DNA of 62,669 nt from Leucoraja ocellata (GCA_036785375.1 JAWMAR010004017.1:1-62669), one strand, 5' to 3'. Positions 1 to 13,140 are shown, numbered from the stretch's first letter. The notes: generated from the letters alone by a model not told the origin. Numbers and translations are program-made.

Positions 1-672
1 CAGGAGTAGGCCATTCGGCCCTTCGAGTCTCACCGCCATTCAATATGATCATGGCTGATCATCCAACTCAGTAATCTGTACCTGCCTTCTCTACATACCC
101 CTGATCCCTTTAGCCACAAGGGCCACATCTAACTCCCTCTTAAATATAGCCAATGAACAGGCCTCAACTACCTTCTGCGGCAGAGAATTCCAGAGATTCA
201 CCACTCTCTGTGTGAAAAAGGTTTTCCTCATCTCGGTCCTAAAAGATTTCCCCCTTATCCTTAAATTGTGACCCCTTGTTCTGGACTTCCCCAACATCGG
301 GAACAATCTTCCTGCACCTAGCCTGTCCAACCCCTTAAGAATTTTGTAAGTTTCTATAAGATCCCCCCTCAATCGTCTAAATTCTACCGAGTCCATCCAG
401 TCTTTCTTCATATGAAAGTCCTGACATCCCAGGAATCAGTCTGGTGAACCTTCTCTGTACTCCCTCTGCCTCCGCTCCGAATATCCCCTGACTCCGCTAT
501 TTTTAAGAGCCATATCTGGCTCTCTCTTGAAAGCATCCAGAGAACCGGCCTCCATCGCCCTCTGAGGCAGAGATTTCCACAGACTCGCAACTTTCTGTGA
601 GAAAAAATGATTCCTCGTCTCCGTTCTAAATGGCTTAGCCCTTATTCTTAAACTGTGTGTGGCCCCTGGCTC
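1..672 (-). mobile_element. CR1/HER1-type LINE 3' fragments (two abutting)
   Basis: RLRGDLIETYKILKG...FFTQRVVNLWNSLP CR1 ORF2 C-terminus. Confidence 0.9.
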
Positions 673-859
673 TGGGAACAAAATTGGAAGTTTATTTCCA
701 ACTAAATAAAGGTGAAAATGTGTTTTATGAATCTTTGATAGGTTTCTTTCAGCTCCACCCCGATTCCAACGCTTTTTCGCGCAGGTCTGAGGGGGGTGGT
801 TCCCGTATCGATCGCATGTACATCTCCGGAACTTATGTGTCTCGTGTCTCGTGGCCTCT

Positions 860-1957
860 GTGCCGCAATGAAGAAAGTAAATGACATGTTGGCCTTCTTA
901 GCTAGAGGAATTGAGTATAGAAGCAAAGAGGTCATACAGCAGTTGTCCCAGGCCCTGTTGAGACCGCACCTGGAGTATTGTGTGCAATTTTAGTCTCCTA
1001 TTTTGAGAAAAGAAGTTCGTGCTAGTGAGGGATTGCAACGTATGTTCACCAGGTTTATTTTCGTGATGGCAGGACGGACATATAATGAAGGAATGGATCG
1101 ACTGGGCTTATAATCACTGGAATTTAGAATGATGAGAGGGGATCTTATAAAAACATATAACATTCTTGAGAGATTGGACAGGCCACATGCAAGAAAAATG
1201 CTCCCGATGTGGGGGAAGTCTAGAACTATGGGTCACAGTAGATGAATAAAGGTGAGGTCATTTAGGACGGAGATGAGGAAAACGCTTTTAACCCTGTATG
1301 TTGTGAATATGTGGAATTCGCTGTCACAGAAGGGAGTGGATTCCAATTTTCTGGATGGTTTCAATAAATAATTACCTATAGTTCTTAAGATAAATGGACA
1401 TGGGGAGAAAGCAGAACGGGGTATTGATTTCGGATGATGCCGGTTCGAAGGCCGGAATGGCCTATTCCTGCACTTATTTCCCCTGTTTCTTTGTATTTGT
1501 TTCTATAACCTGTGACACCCGTACTGATCAAGAATCTATTGATACCTGCCTAAAGGGTTAAGGGGGGACTTGATGGAGATCTTTAAAATGATGAGAGGGA
1601 TAGACAGAGTTGACGTGGATAAGCTTTTCCCACTGAGAGTAGGGAAGATTCAAACAAGGGGACATGACTTGAGAATTAAGCGACATAAGTTTAGGGGTAA
1701 CATGAGGGGGAACTTCTTTACTCAGAGAGTGGGGGCTGTGTGGAATGAGCTTCCAGTGAAGGTGGTGGAGGCAGGTTCGCTTTTATCATTTAAAAATAAA
1801 TTGGATAGTTATATGGACGGGAAAGGAATGGAGGGTCATGGTCTGAACGCAGGTGTATGGGACGAGGGGAGAATACGTGTTCGGCACGGACTAGAAGGGT
1901 CGAGATGGCCTGTTTCCGTGCTGTAATTGTTATATGGTTATATGGTTTATATGGTTA
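860..1957 (+). mobile_element. Two CR1 LINE 3' fragments (older copy; second family with (TATATGGT)n tail)
   Basis: RPHLEYCVQF; FFTQRV..WNELP; tandem tail at 1930-1957. Confidence 0.85.
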
Positions 1958-2458
1958 AATATATCCACCGACTTTGGCTCCACAGCCTTCTGTGGCAAAA
2001 ATTCCCCCAGATTCATCACCCTCTTAGTTAATGGTTAATGATTAATCTTTAATGTTCATAGTTTAGTGAATTTCCTACGCTCAAGTGAGATTTGCGAATT
2101 TTCTCAAGATTATAAGATTTTTGTTTTAGGTTTTTGGGTTAGGCTTCTTTTATTTGCATTGGTTATTTCTTAATCAAAGGATGAACTTTGGCTATTGTTT
2201 ATCCTGGTCCTCGTCTGTGTCGGTAATGGTGCAAATATATTTGCCAAGGCCCCTGCAAGCTTTCCCCTCTTTCATTAACCTACGATAGATCCCAACGAGA
2301 ACCGAATATTCATCTACAATGCACTTCAAGAACCATATCCCCGACTGCTCCTTGATCTAAAAAATGCCAATATATTGATCAATCTCCCCACAGTTCTCGC
2401 TATGCCCCATGTCTACATCATTCGTGAATATCGATGCAAAGTTTTAATTCTGTACAGT

Positions 2459-2870
2459 ACATAGAAACATAAACACATAAAAAATAGGTGCAGTAGTGGG
2501 CCATTCGGCCCTTCGATCCTGCACGGTCATTCAATATGATCATGGCTGATCATCCAACTCAGTATCCTGTACCTGCCTTCTCTCCATACCCACTGATACG
2601 TTTATCCACAAGGGCCACATCTAACTCCCTCTTAAATATAGCCAATGAACTGACCTCAACTACCTTATGTGACAGAGAATTCCAGAGATTCACCACTCTC
2701 TGTGTAAAAAATGTTTTTTTCATCTCGATCCTAAAACATTTTCCCCTTATCCTTAATCTGTGACCCCTTGTTCTGGACTTCCCCAACATCGGGAATAACC
2801 TTCCTGCGTCTAGCCTGTCCAACCCATTAAGAATTTTGTAAGTTTTTATAAGATCCCCCCTCAATCTTCA
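2459..2870 (-). mobile_element. CR1/HER1 LINE 3' end
   Basis: Same ORF2 C-terminus and CATAGAAA tail. Confidence 0.9.
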
Positions 2871-3399
2871 AAATGCTTGCGAGTTCAAGAATTTAGAATA
2901 TTGAGGGGGGGTTGGGGTGGGGGGGGGGGGGGGGGGGGGGGTCTTATACCTACATTCTCTCACCTCAAGCATAAATTACATTCTTAACCTTCGATCGACT
3001 CTAACTTCGCCTTGGTTACTTCTTGTTTTTTTTTTTAATGTACCCGTTAAAAATCCCTGGAGACGTTTCGGGTCCCACTCGCCAACAACAGTTCATGGCC
3101 CCTTTTAGCTTGATTAATTTCCAGTTATTTTTACCTGCTTGGTATATTCCTCAAAGGGCTCATCTGAATTAATCTTTTGAAACCTTAAACAAGCTTCGCT
3201 TTTTCATTTTGACCAAATTTGCAACTCCCATTAAAATTTAAAGACTGATTACCTCGCCATCCTTATCTCTCCCACCTGACCAGAATATGACGATCAGCTC
3301 GATTTTAAAACAATCCAAATCGTTAGATGTTGACATACCAACTAAACACCGCTTTCAAATTGTTCTGACCCAATTATGCTGCTACTTTCCTTATGGCAA

Positions 3400-3828
3400 A
3401 TCGCTATCATCCATCACACCACATTTTCTCCATTCTGCCATCTGGGAAGAGTTACAGGAACATCAGCTGCAAAACCAGCAGGATGCTACACAGCTTCTTT
3501 CCACAGGGAAGAATACTGGTTAACGGACTGTGTCCCCTCCCCATATATCATACACCAACACATCTAACCTCGCTCATACTTTGACGGCTAGGCACCTGTC
3601 AAAGCAAAGCCACAGTTCGGTCTGAATGTCTGTTTTTATTTTAATTTTTAGGCCTATTTTAGATATGGTAATTTTAATTTTAAACCTAGATGTATTTATT
3701 CCTATTAATTAACTGCACTGACGGGAACTGATTGAGAAACATTTTTTTCCGTTTCTTCTGTGTATGTAAGTACTCAGTTAAAATGACATTAAAGTAAATA
3801 CTGAACACTGAATATTGAAATACTGAAT
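3400..3828 (+). mobile_element. Rex1/Babar-like LINE 3' end
   Basis: HPSHHIFSILPSGKSYR...SFFPQ motif and (TACTGAA)n tail; second copy at 62090-62460. Confidence 0.7.
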
Positions 3829-4175
3829 TTCAGCGAAATTGTTGCTCATTCGATTCAAGACACAACAATAGTGGACAATATTTGATTTCATTGGAAGCGA
3901 CACCTGCTTATGTTACAGAGGTCACACAGAAATTGAACCGAGCACGAGGTGTAATATCATTAAATATCATTCATCAGATAGCGGAGTCAGTGTATATGGG
4001 GAGAGGGCATGAACGGTGTTCTGATTGGCGATGATCGGCCATGATCACATTGAACGGCGGTGCAGGCTCGAAGGGCCGAATGTCCTACTCCTGACCCATT
4101 GTCGATAAATGTTAGCGAGATTACAACCCTTTCGCGTCGCGTCGCGTCGCGCCGACTGTTGCTGCCAGTTCAAAA

Positions 4176-4563
4176 ACTTACAAAATTCTTAAGGGGTTGG
4201 ACAGGCTAGATGCAGGAAGATTGGTCCCGATGTTGGTGAAGTCCAGGACAAGGGGTCACAGCTTAAGGATAAGGGGGCAATCCTTTAAAACCGAGATGAG
4301 AAGAACTTTTTTTCACCCAGAGAGTGGTGAATCTCTGGAACTCTCTGCCGCAGAGGGTAGTCGAGGCCAGTTCATTGGCTATATTTAAGAGGGAGTTAGA
4401 TGCGGCCCTTGTGGCTAAGGGGATCAGAGGGTATGGAGAGAAGGCAGGTACGGGATACTGAGTTGGATGATCAGCCATGATCATATTGAATGGCGGTGCA
4501 GGCTCGAAGGGCCGAATGGCCTACTCCTGCACCTAATTTCTATGTGTCTATGTTTCTATGTTT
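4176..4563 (+). mobile_element. CR1/HER1 LINE 3' end
   Basis: ORF2 C-terminus, (TTTCTATG)n tail. Confidence 0.9.
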
Positions 4564-4691
4564 CACAGTACTCATCATTCAGAACCTAGACCGTGTAGCT
4601 AAAAATAAAATAAAAACACAACTCCTGCTCCGTTGGCAATTAACTTTCCACTTGTTTATTAGGAATCCGAGACAAGATATTTCAGTCGTTC

Positions 4692-5602
4692 CTATTGTTT
4701 GAATCGATTGCAAATTGCCTCGAAGGGACATTTGACCAGATTCTTCAACTGTTCTCTGAATTTAGCCTGAGTACCCGCATAAATGCACGTGTTGGTGCAT
4801 GAACTGAGAAGTTCCATCATGTAACCGCTTTCTTGCAGTATGAACATTGGGTTGGTGGAATTGGAATTGTTCGCATAATTTTTGATGAAAAATTGCACCA
4901 TTACAAAATTCACAACATTGGTCAATCGCAAGACCAGGAAGCTGCCCGAAATGGCGAATAGTATAATAATGGACTTTCTCCTGCTCTCCATCTCTGGGTC
5001 ATTCTGTTTATCTCCATGGCTCTGAGCTCGCAATCTCTTGCGGGCGCTGCTGGCCGCTAGAATGTGCCTGACCGTGAAAACATTGAGAAGCAAAATGAGC
5101 ACGAACGGTACGCATGGGTTTACCATGTAGAGTAGCCAGTCATATATCGTCCATGCAAGTGAAGTATAATAGACATCCTTTATGCTGCAGTACCAAGGTA
5201 TATTATCCAACACATACGCAGGTTCATATGTAAAAAAGAAAGGTACGTTTTTTACACAGTACAACACACACACCGTTCCGATGACGCCAGTCGCTATTTT
5301 CTCCGTGCAATATCGGACTTTCAGATGCGGGCAGCAAATGGCGATGAATCGATCGAAGGTGAACGCCACCGTTAACCAGGCGGAAGTGTCCTTGGAAAAC
5401 CAACTGAACGCAATAACGAGGCTGCAGCCGGGAGTGGTGGATAGCAAACTAACGGGGAAATAAAGAGCTCGCAGACGGCTTAATATCACTGCCGCCACGA
5501 TGACTAGGAAGTCCATCACCGCCATTGACAACAGATATCGGCTGATACATTTGGAGAGCCCGCATCTTCCCTGTGCTAGTATCACAGTCGTCATCAAATT
5601 AG
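4692..5602 (-). CDS. GPR139/GPR142-like class A GPCR, gene A, exon 2 (spliced product 326 aa)
   Basis: Acceptor ctccctctgtccacag|CT AAT TTG at 5602; seven hydrophobic segments, TM3 FTFDRF, TM5 NPCVPF, TM7 SSCTNTCIY; TAG at 4692-4694; AATAAA at 4655-4660 on the minus strand. Confidence 0.92.
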
Positions 5603-6249
5603 CTGTGGACAGAGGGAGACAGATTGTGAGTAGTGATAAAACGAATCTCTCAAGCCTCGTCACCCCCTAGTTTTCGGTCAGTATATGTGTATTTTCTTTA
5701 AGTATCCATTCAAGAACGTTCTATGTCAATGAAGTAAATTTACTTAACGTAAATAACTTAATTAAATTGTATTTAAGTATGTAAGTATTTTCTGGGGAAA
5801 GTATTCGTTAATGTGGCCCTTTTTCAATGGATACCTGTTTGCTGACGCGATCATGCAGCTACGTTAATAACTCAATGGAAACCTTTTTCCTTTGCATGTT
5901 TCGTTCATTTTAGACACGGATTTCTGGAATGACTAGGCGGGGCGGGCAGCGTCTCTGGAAAGATGGAATGGGTGATGTTTCGAGTCGAGACCCTTCTTCG
6001 GATTGCAAAGGCGAAACGGATATTGATCTGTGTTTTAGAAGGAACTACAGATGCTGGAAAATCGAAGGTAGACAAAAATGCTGGAGGAACTCAGCGGGTG
6101 CTGCAGCATCTATGGTGCGAAGGAAATAGGCAACGTTTCGAGCCGAAACTCTTCTTCAGTATTGATCTGATCGTTTTCAAGTGCCGAATTATGTTAAACA
6201 TAAAACTCGGGTAGTTGCAATATCTCATCAAGTGCGTGCCACAGTTTAT

Positions 6250-6545
6250 TTTAGAAACACAGCGGGCAATCAGAACCTTCGGCCCACGAAATCCGCGCCT
6301 TCCAGTGATCGCCGAGCAGCAGCAATATAGCACACATATGGGACAAGTTAACATTTTTGCCGAAGCCATCACACTAGAAACTTGTACAACCCACTTCGAA
6401 TGTGGGTGGAAGCCGGAGCTCCCGGAAAAAAACCCACGCAGTCACGGTAAAACCTACAAACACGGTACAGACTGCACCACGAGACAGGATCGAACCCGGG
6501 TCTCTGGCGCTGTAAGGCAGGAGGGCCAACGGCCCGCCGCGAAAA
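6250..6545 (-). mobile_element. tRNA-derived V-SINE (HE1-like)
   Basis: B-box CCCGGGTTCGATCC and V-domain-like CCGTGACTGCGTGGGTTTT; paralog at 34150-34480. Confidence 0.7.
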
Positions 6546-6560
6546 TAAGGTAATAGCTTT

Positions 6561-6633
6561 GAATGACCGGGATTTGCACCTGAACATGTATTGGATCTTA
6601 AAGCCAACGCCTTAACCACTCAGCCACCCTGCT
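6561..6633 (-). pseudogene. tRNA-Leu(TAA)-derived pseudogene or SINE head
   Basis: AGCAGGGTGGCTGAGTGGTTAAGGCGTTGGCTTTAAGATCCAAT matches the 5' half of vertebrate tRNA-Leu-TAA; T-arm degenerate (GTGCAAATC), variable arm shortened. Confidence 0.6.
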
Positions 6634-8587
6634 CTGCCGATTCACCATTTACCGCAGAACGGATGATTTACACTAACCTGTCAGGAAGTAAGGATACATG
6701 GGCAGAGGAAATACACTGGAAGACACGGGAAGGCTGGCATTAAACATAATCCAGACATTGTCGGGATGCGTTCGGGACAGAGTTAGATAGATTTCCTGGG
6801 GCTAATGGAATGGAGCAGTGTTGGTGGTGGTGGGGGGGGGGGGGGGGGGGGGGGGGGGTGGTGGCAGGAGCGGGGTACTGATTGTGGATGTTCAGCCATG
6901 ATCGCGGTCAGAGGCGGTGCTGGCTTGAAGGTCCGAATGGGCCCACTTCTGCACTTAATGTCTATTGTCGAATAACAATGTTCCAAGAAAAATGACTATA
7001 CTGAAATTCGCTTTAAAGGAAGGTACACACAAATGATGGACAAACTCAGCGGGCGCAGCAGCATCTATGGAGCGAAGGAAATAGGCTACACAAAAATACT
7101 CGAGAGGAACTCACAGAACGAGCAAGATAGAAGCGGATAACGTTTAAAGTGAAATCAACATAGTGCATATTTCCCCAATCGGATAGAAGTCCCAAACTAT
7201 CTGAAACATCAATGCAGCGGCTCACAGAGAGGCGGATGGTATCTGTGGATTTGTTAAGGACTGTCAGCGCCGGCAAATGCAAATGAACAGAGAGGGGTTC
7301 ACCCATTGTCCGTGGGTGTTTTAGGGAGGCATTCTGGAGTGATCCCATTGATTTTCAAAGTAGTCAACAGAAACATTTGAACATCTCAGTTAAACATTTC
7401 ATTGCAAAAGTGGGAATCCAGGCAGGACTGTTCGCGTCAAAGAACCAGTAACTTGGACCAACGCAATCGTTCATAATAAAATGCATGACGATTTAAAGCG
7501 ATGCAATCATTCCCAATCATAATCTGTTAACGAACCGAAATACAAATGTAAGTTTTCAAAGAGAACGCGTTCTGCTCATGAACTTCGAGCACAACCTGAA
7601 ATGAGCATTTGTGCTTTTCCTTTTTGCAGCATCCTTGAAATGTAACGTATAAACGATGTGAATAGTTTTATACATATACAACGTATATTGACAAATACAT
7701 TCTCATTCTGGTTGCTAATTGCGCGAAGTATGATTGATGAAATATAAACCAAGAAACAAACTGTGCATAGTAAACGTGGCCCTGAGAGCATCTACGGAGA
7801 GGGAAAAACGAAGCAGAGACATATATAAAGTTAATAACCGATTAAAACAACGTCTTCTTGCACAACGTTCGTTATAGAGACAGTATTGCTGTCATTTTAT
7901 AGTACAAAACGTTCATATTTTTATGCTGCTCACTCTTGGGCGTAGAATGAATCAGGAGGGTACTCGACAAATGAACAAAAACAAGAATATCATAATTTTA
8001 ATAATTATAATAAGATTACTTTATTAGCTTAGTATGTTTTGCAACATATGAGAAATTTGATTTGCCTTATATTGATACTAATAAAAAGCAACCGAACACA
8101 CGAAATACATTTTGACATAAACATCCACCACGGTGACTCCTCCACTTTCCTCACTGGTGAAAAATGTTCAATCTCAATCCCTTGTTTGTCCTCCACCTGT
8201 CGGGAGCCTCTGACATTCCGTTTACGGGACGATCTTGACTCTCGTGGCCGGCGGCGGGCCTGCTCGTCGGGGCGATCAAGCTCATGCATCGGGGGGTGTC
8301 AGCTCCCCGCGCCGGGCGATCTGACCGCGGGTCGGTGTTTGTCGAACGTCGTGTGGCTTTTGGAGCCACCGTTGTAGGTCTCAACCCCAGACCACGTGCT
8401 CCGGATGTTAAATCCATAGGCCGCGGTTGGAGCGTCGATCCAAGGCAAGGGATTGGCTCCGATGTCAAGTCGATGATCCGCGGTGGGGTTCAAAGTCAAT
8501 CCCGAGATTGGCCTCCAGCCCCACGATGTTTGGCCGCAGAGCAACCGGAGATACGACCCGGAAAATAATCGCATCTCCGGCAAGGTG

Positions 8588-9229
8588 ATAGAAACATAGA
8601 AACATAGAAAACAGGTGCAGGAGTAGGCCATTCGGCCCTTCGAGCCTGCGCCGCCATTCAATATGATCACGGCTGATCATCCAACTCAGTCTCCCGTACC
8701 CGCCTTCTCTCCGTACCCCCTGTCCCCCCTAGACACAAGGGCCACATCCAACTCCCTCTTAAATATAGCCAATGAACTGGCCTCAACTACATTCTGTGGC
8801 AGAGAGTTCCAGAGATTCACCACTCTATGTGTGAAAATGTTCTTCTGACCTCGGTCTTCAACGAATTTCCCCCTTATCCTTAAGTTGTGACCCCTTGTCC
8901 TGGACTTCCCCAACATCGAGAACAATCTTCCTGCATCTAGCCTGTCCAACCCCTTAAGAATTTTGTAAGTTTCTATAAGATCCCCCCTCAATCTCCTAAA
9001 TTATAGCGAGTATAAGCCGAGTCTATCCAGTCTTTCTTCATATGAAAGTTCTGACATCCCAGGAATCAGTCTGGTGAACCTTCTCTGCACTCCCTCTAAG
9101 GCAATAATGTCCTTCCTCAGATTTGGAGACCAAAACTGTACGCAATACTCCAGGTGTGGTCTCACCAAGACCCTGTACAACTGCAGTAGAACCTCCCTGC
9201 TCCTATACTCATATCCTTTTGCTATGAAA
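8588..9229 (-). mobile_element. CR1/HER1 LINE 3' end (in gene A intron)
   Basis: RPHLEYCVQFWSP...RGDLIETYK; CATAGAAA tail. Confidence 0.9.
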
Positions 9230-9519
9230 TGTAACAAACTGTTCCCCCGTGACCCCCTGCCCAACCCTAACATAAAACAAAGCAGGGAACATTAACAGAA
9301 ACGTTTTCACCATACTAAAATTAACAAGAAAAAAGACGAAAAGGACAGACGAAACTGCAGGCGAGGTTGACATCAAGGCACCATCCAGTGATAGTCATAT
9401 TATATTTATAATAGAATGTTATGAATATAATATGACATAATATGATATTGTGATATTCATATTATATTCATATTATGCATATGTATAAGATTAACCTTAC
9501 AAATAATAGCCAGTTGTAT

Positions 9520-10112
9520 TAGAACACCGAACAGGCAGGATTCAGGGCGCGATGTGAAAGTAAAAGAGCTTGTGTTCGNNNNNNNNNNNNNNNNNNNNNN
9601 NNNNNNNNNNNNNNNNNNNNNNNNNNNNNNNNNNNNNNNNNNNNNNNNNNNNNNNNNNNNNNNNNNNNNNNNNNNNNNNNNNNNNNNNNNNNNNNNNNNN
9701 NNNNNNNNNNNNNNNNNNNNNNNNNNNNCACTTTAAACAACTGCAGTTGCCACAAAAATGCTGTACATGAGAACTCGTGGACAAGAAGTTGTTACAAACC
9801 ATTAAAAACCGTAAAACAAAGGACTATAAAACAGTAAAAATTAAAATACATTAAAAGCACTAACAACAGGAGCAATGTCTCAGCCAGTGTCGAAAGCCGG
9901 AGAATAAAAATGAGTTGTTACGGTGGATTTGAAGATGGACAGTGAGGGGGCCTGTCTGATGTGCAACGGCAAGGTGTTCCAGAGTGCCGGAGCAGCAACA
10001 GAGAAGGCTCTATCCTCTCTGAGCTTCCGCTTAGACCTTGGTACCTCAAGGAGCAGCTGATCAGCTGACCTGAGGCACCGGGCAGGAGCGTATGGGTGGA
10101 GCAGCTCAGAGA
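9520..10112 (-). mobile_element. L2-clade LINE 3' end
   Basis: ELLHPYAPARCLRSADQLLL...DRAFSVAAPALWN on the minus strand. Confidence 0.7.
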
Positions 10113-10303
10113 TATGATAAGAAACATGATCAAGTGCATAGTTTTTAAGCGGACGCCGCAGCGATCAAATGGCGAGGATTTGAGGATATTACTTTCAATA
10201 TAATATACGGCGGCTGAAAAAGAAAGAACAAAAAGCAGAAAATGCAGACAACTACTCAAGCATAGCGGTATTAGTTGTTCACGCATTCAGCCGCGTAGTT
10301 TAC

Positions 10304-10373
10304 CTGGGACCCCGAAAACGGCAAGAGCAGTGTAATATACAGCAAAAACCGGGCCCTTTCCCGGCGCGTGCAT
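10304..10373 (-). CDS. GPCR gene A, exon 1 (MHAPGKGPVFAVYYTALAVFGVP)
   Basis: 70-bp ATG exon ending CCA G|gtaaac, phase 1, joins exon 2 in frame (70+911=981 nt); closely similar to exon 1 of gene C. Confidence 0.88.
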
Positions 10374-10755
10374 TTCCGTCAAACACAAAATGGGCATACG
10401 CTATATACAACAGTCAAGCTGCAGCCTAAAACATCATCGTTCTACTTATACCCGATGTGACTCCCTGGAGCATCAATCAGATTGCACCATCCTGCCGTTA
10501 GTGAATATTAAAGAAACACAATTTGCTGGGTTAATGGTTTGGCATCACATCTGGCGAATTGGGGAAGGCGGCGTTTCCGCTGGGATCATTCTTCTATTAA
10601 TTATTTTTTTCTGAAAAATAAACCACGTTATCTTAAGGTCCAAATTAATAGTTTAAAATGGTGATATCACCCTGTCTTCGGAATGAACATTTATCTCTGT
10701 TAATTGCACTTTATCAGTTTATTTATTCACGTGTGTATATATTTATATTATGGTA

Positions 10756-11507
10756 TATAGAAACATAGAAATTAGGTGCAGGAGTAGGCCATTCGGCCCT
10801 TCGAGCCTGCACCGCCATTCAATATGATCATGGCTGATCATCCAACTCAGTATCCCGTACCTGCCTTCTCTCCATACCCCCTGATCCCCTTAACCACAAG
10901 GGCCACATCTAACTCCCTCTTAAATATAGCCAATGAACTTGCCTCAACTACCCTCTGTGGCAGAGAGTTCCAGAGATTCACCACTCTCTGTGTGAAAAAA
11001 GTTCTTCTCATCTCGGTTTTAAAGGATTTCCCCCTTATCCTTAAGCTGTGACCCCTTGTCTTGGACTTCCCTAACATCGGGAACAATCTTCCTGCATCTA
11101 GCCTGTCCAACCCCTTAAGAATTTTGTAAGTTTCTATAAGATCCCCTCTCAATCTCCTAAATTCTAGAGAGTATAAACCAAGTCTATCCAGTCTTTCTTC
11201 ATAAGACAGTCCTGACATCCCAGGAATCAGTCTGGTGAACCGTCTCTGCACTCCCTCTATGGCAATAATGTCCTTCCTCATATTTGGAGACCAAAACTGT
11301 ACGCAATACTCCAGGTGTAGTCTCACCAAGACCCTGTACAACTGCAGTAGAACCTCCCTGCTCCTATAATCAAATCATTTTGCAATGAAAGCTAACATAC
11401 CATTCGCTTTCTTTACTGCTTGCTGCACCTGCATGCCTACCGTCAATGACTGGGGTACCATGACACCCAGGTCTCGCTGCATCTCCCCCTTTCCCAATCG
11501 GCCACCA
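10756..11507 (-). mobile_element. CR1/HER1 LINE 3' end
   Basis: Near-consensus ORF2 C-terminus. Confidence 0.9.
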
Positions 11508-13140
11508 GACCCTTTGGTCCACAATGGTTCAATGATCAAACGGTACTTCTTTCTCACGTGTATCAAAGTTCAGTCAATTTCGTTTTTGTCATACAGTTCT
11601 GTGACAATCCATTTATAGATGAGGAACAATCATAGTTAGAACGAGAATGTAAGATAGTGGAGGGCAATGAGTCCGGACACGTGTTTTAGGCGTCATCTTA
11701 TGCCTTCATTTTCATAGTTTTTTTAAAAAAGTGAGTTTTAACGGCCATAAAGCCCATTGTCCTGGTGGCGGCACTGAGCGATTTCTCTGCCGACCCTGAT
11801 GTCAGTTAAACGCATGACATCTGGCCGCGCACAATCGATACTTCTGAATTTCCTACTTGATCAAGAGCCTATCTAAATGCTTCAGAACATTGCGAATGGC
11901 TCTGCTGTGAAGTACATCCCACACTCCACGTCCAACCTTGCTCCCGAAATTTCATTTGAACGTTTCCCCAGATTACATTTAACATGCGTTCTCGTGAAAA
12001 CGGCAAACCACTCTGGGGAAAGGACTATTTCATAATCTGGGACAATATGGTTTGAGCAGTTCGGTCCTTAGCCAGTGACAGTCCAACTAAAACAATCCAT
12101 GTTCGTTGCAATATCTTTATAGGTGTACAGGGCCCTGGTGAGACCATACCTGAAGTATACTGTGCAGTGTTGGTCTCCAAATGTGAGTATGAACATTCTT
12201 GCGATTGAGGGAGTGCGGTGTAGGTTCCCGGAATGTCGGGACTGTTTGATGTTGAAAGAATGATAGAATAGAATAGCCTTTTATTTGTCATTCATACCGA
12301 AGTCTGAACGAAATTTAAGCAGCCATACATACAATAAAAAAACAACAATACACACATATTAACATCCACCACAGTGAGACCACCCAGCATCTCCTCACTG
12401 TGATGGATGCAAAAGTCTTAGGTCTGCAGTCTCTTCCCTCCTCTTCTCCCTCTGCGCTGAGGCGATACCCCCACCCCCCGGGCGATGTTATACCAGTCCC
12501 GCGGCGCAACACCGCGGCCCGGGGTGGTCGTAGCTGCCGCCCACCCAGACCTGCAGACGCAGCCGCTGGCCCGCGGCCGAACCGCGGACTCAGGCCACCG
12601 CCGCCAGAACACCGTCCCAGCCACCCTCACGTGAGTATCTGTTGACTTCAGCCCCGGGCCGGGCCGCCCCGACATGGGCGCCGAACCTCCCCCGGGCCGG
12701 GCCGTCCCGACATGGGCGTTGCTCCTCCCTTCGGCCGGGGGGAGGTCGGCTGAGCATGTACACATTAGAATTTAAAAGGATGAGAAGGAATCTTATTGAA
12801 ACGTATAAGTAGAGCCAGAATTTTGCCATAAATGCTATGTGCCTTTCCATGCCCTTTTTGATGATTTCACGAAGATAATTCCTTTTCCACGATCGAGTGC
12901 CTAAATCAGCCTTTTTTTTGCCGTTTTGCTCAAAGTTCGTTCTATTTTCTCTAATTGTACCGTGATTACAATGACGTTTTCTATGTTACTACGTTAATGT
13001 TAATGTTATTGTTAATGTGTTAACAGAGTATAACTTACACGACATTTTCACCACCCGGCCAAAACCTGGAGCGCCACCGTGGGTTGTCCATTCGTTCGAG
13101 CCGCTGCCCGCTGGTTCACCGCACTCCAAGATCTATTTAA

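Noticed and set aside
6561-6633. Functional tRNA-Leu gene
   Set aside because: T-loop and acceptor stem are degenerate; treated as a pseudogene.
12370-12402. Inverted perfect heptamers CACAGTG...CACTGTG (also 51022-51054; single heptamer near 34735) resembling a signal joint or Transib/RAG transposon end
   Set aside because: No nonamer at 12 or 23 bp; part of a stem-loop in a dispersed retroelement 3' end repeated several times in the window.
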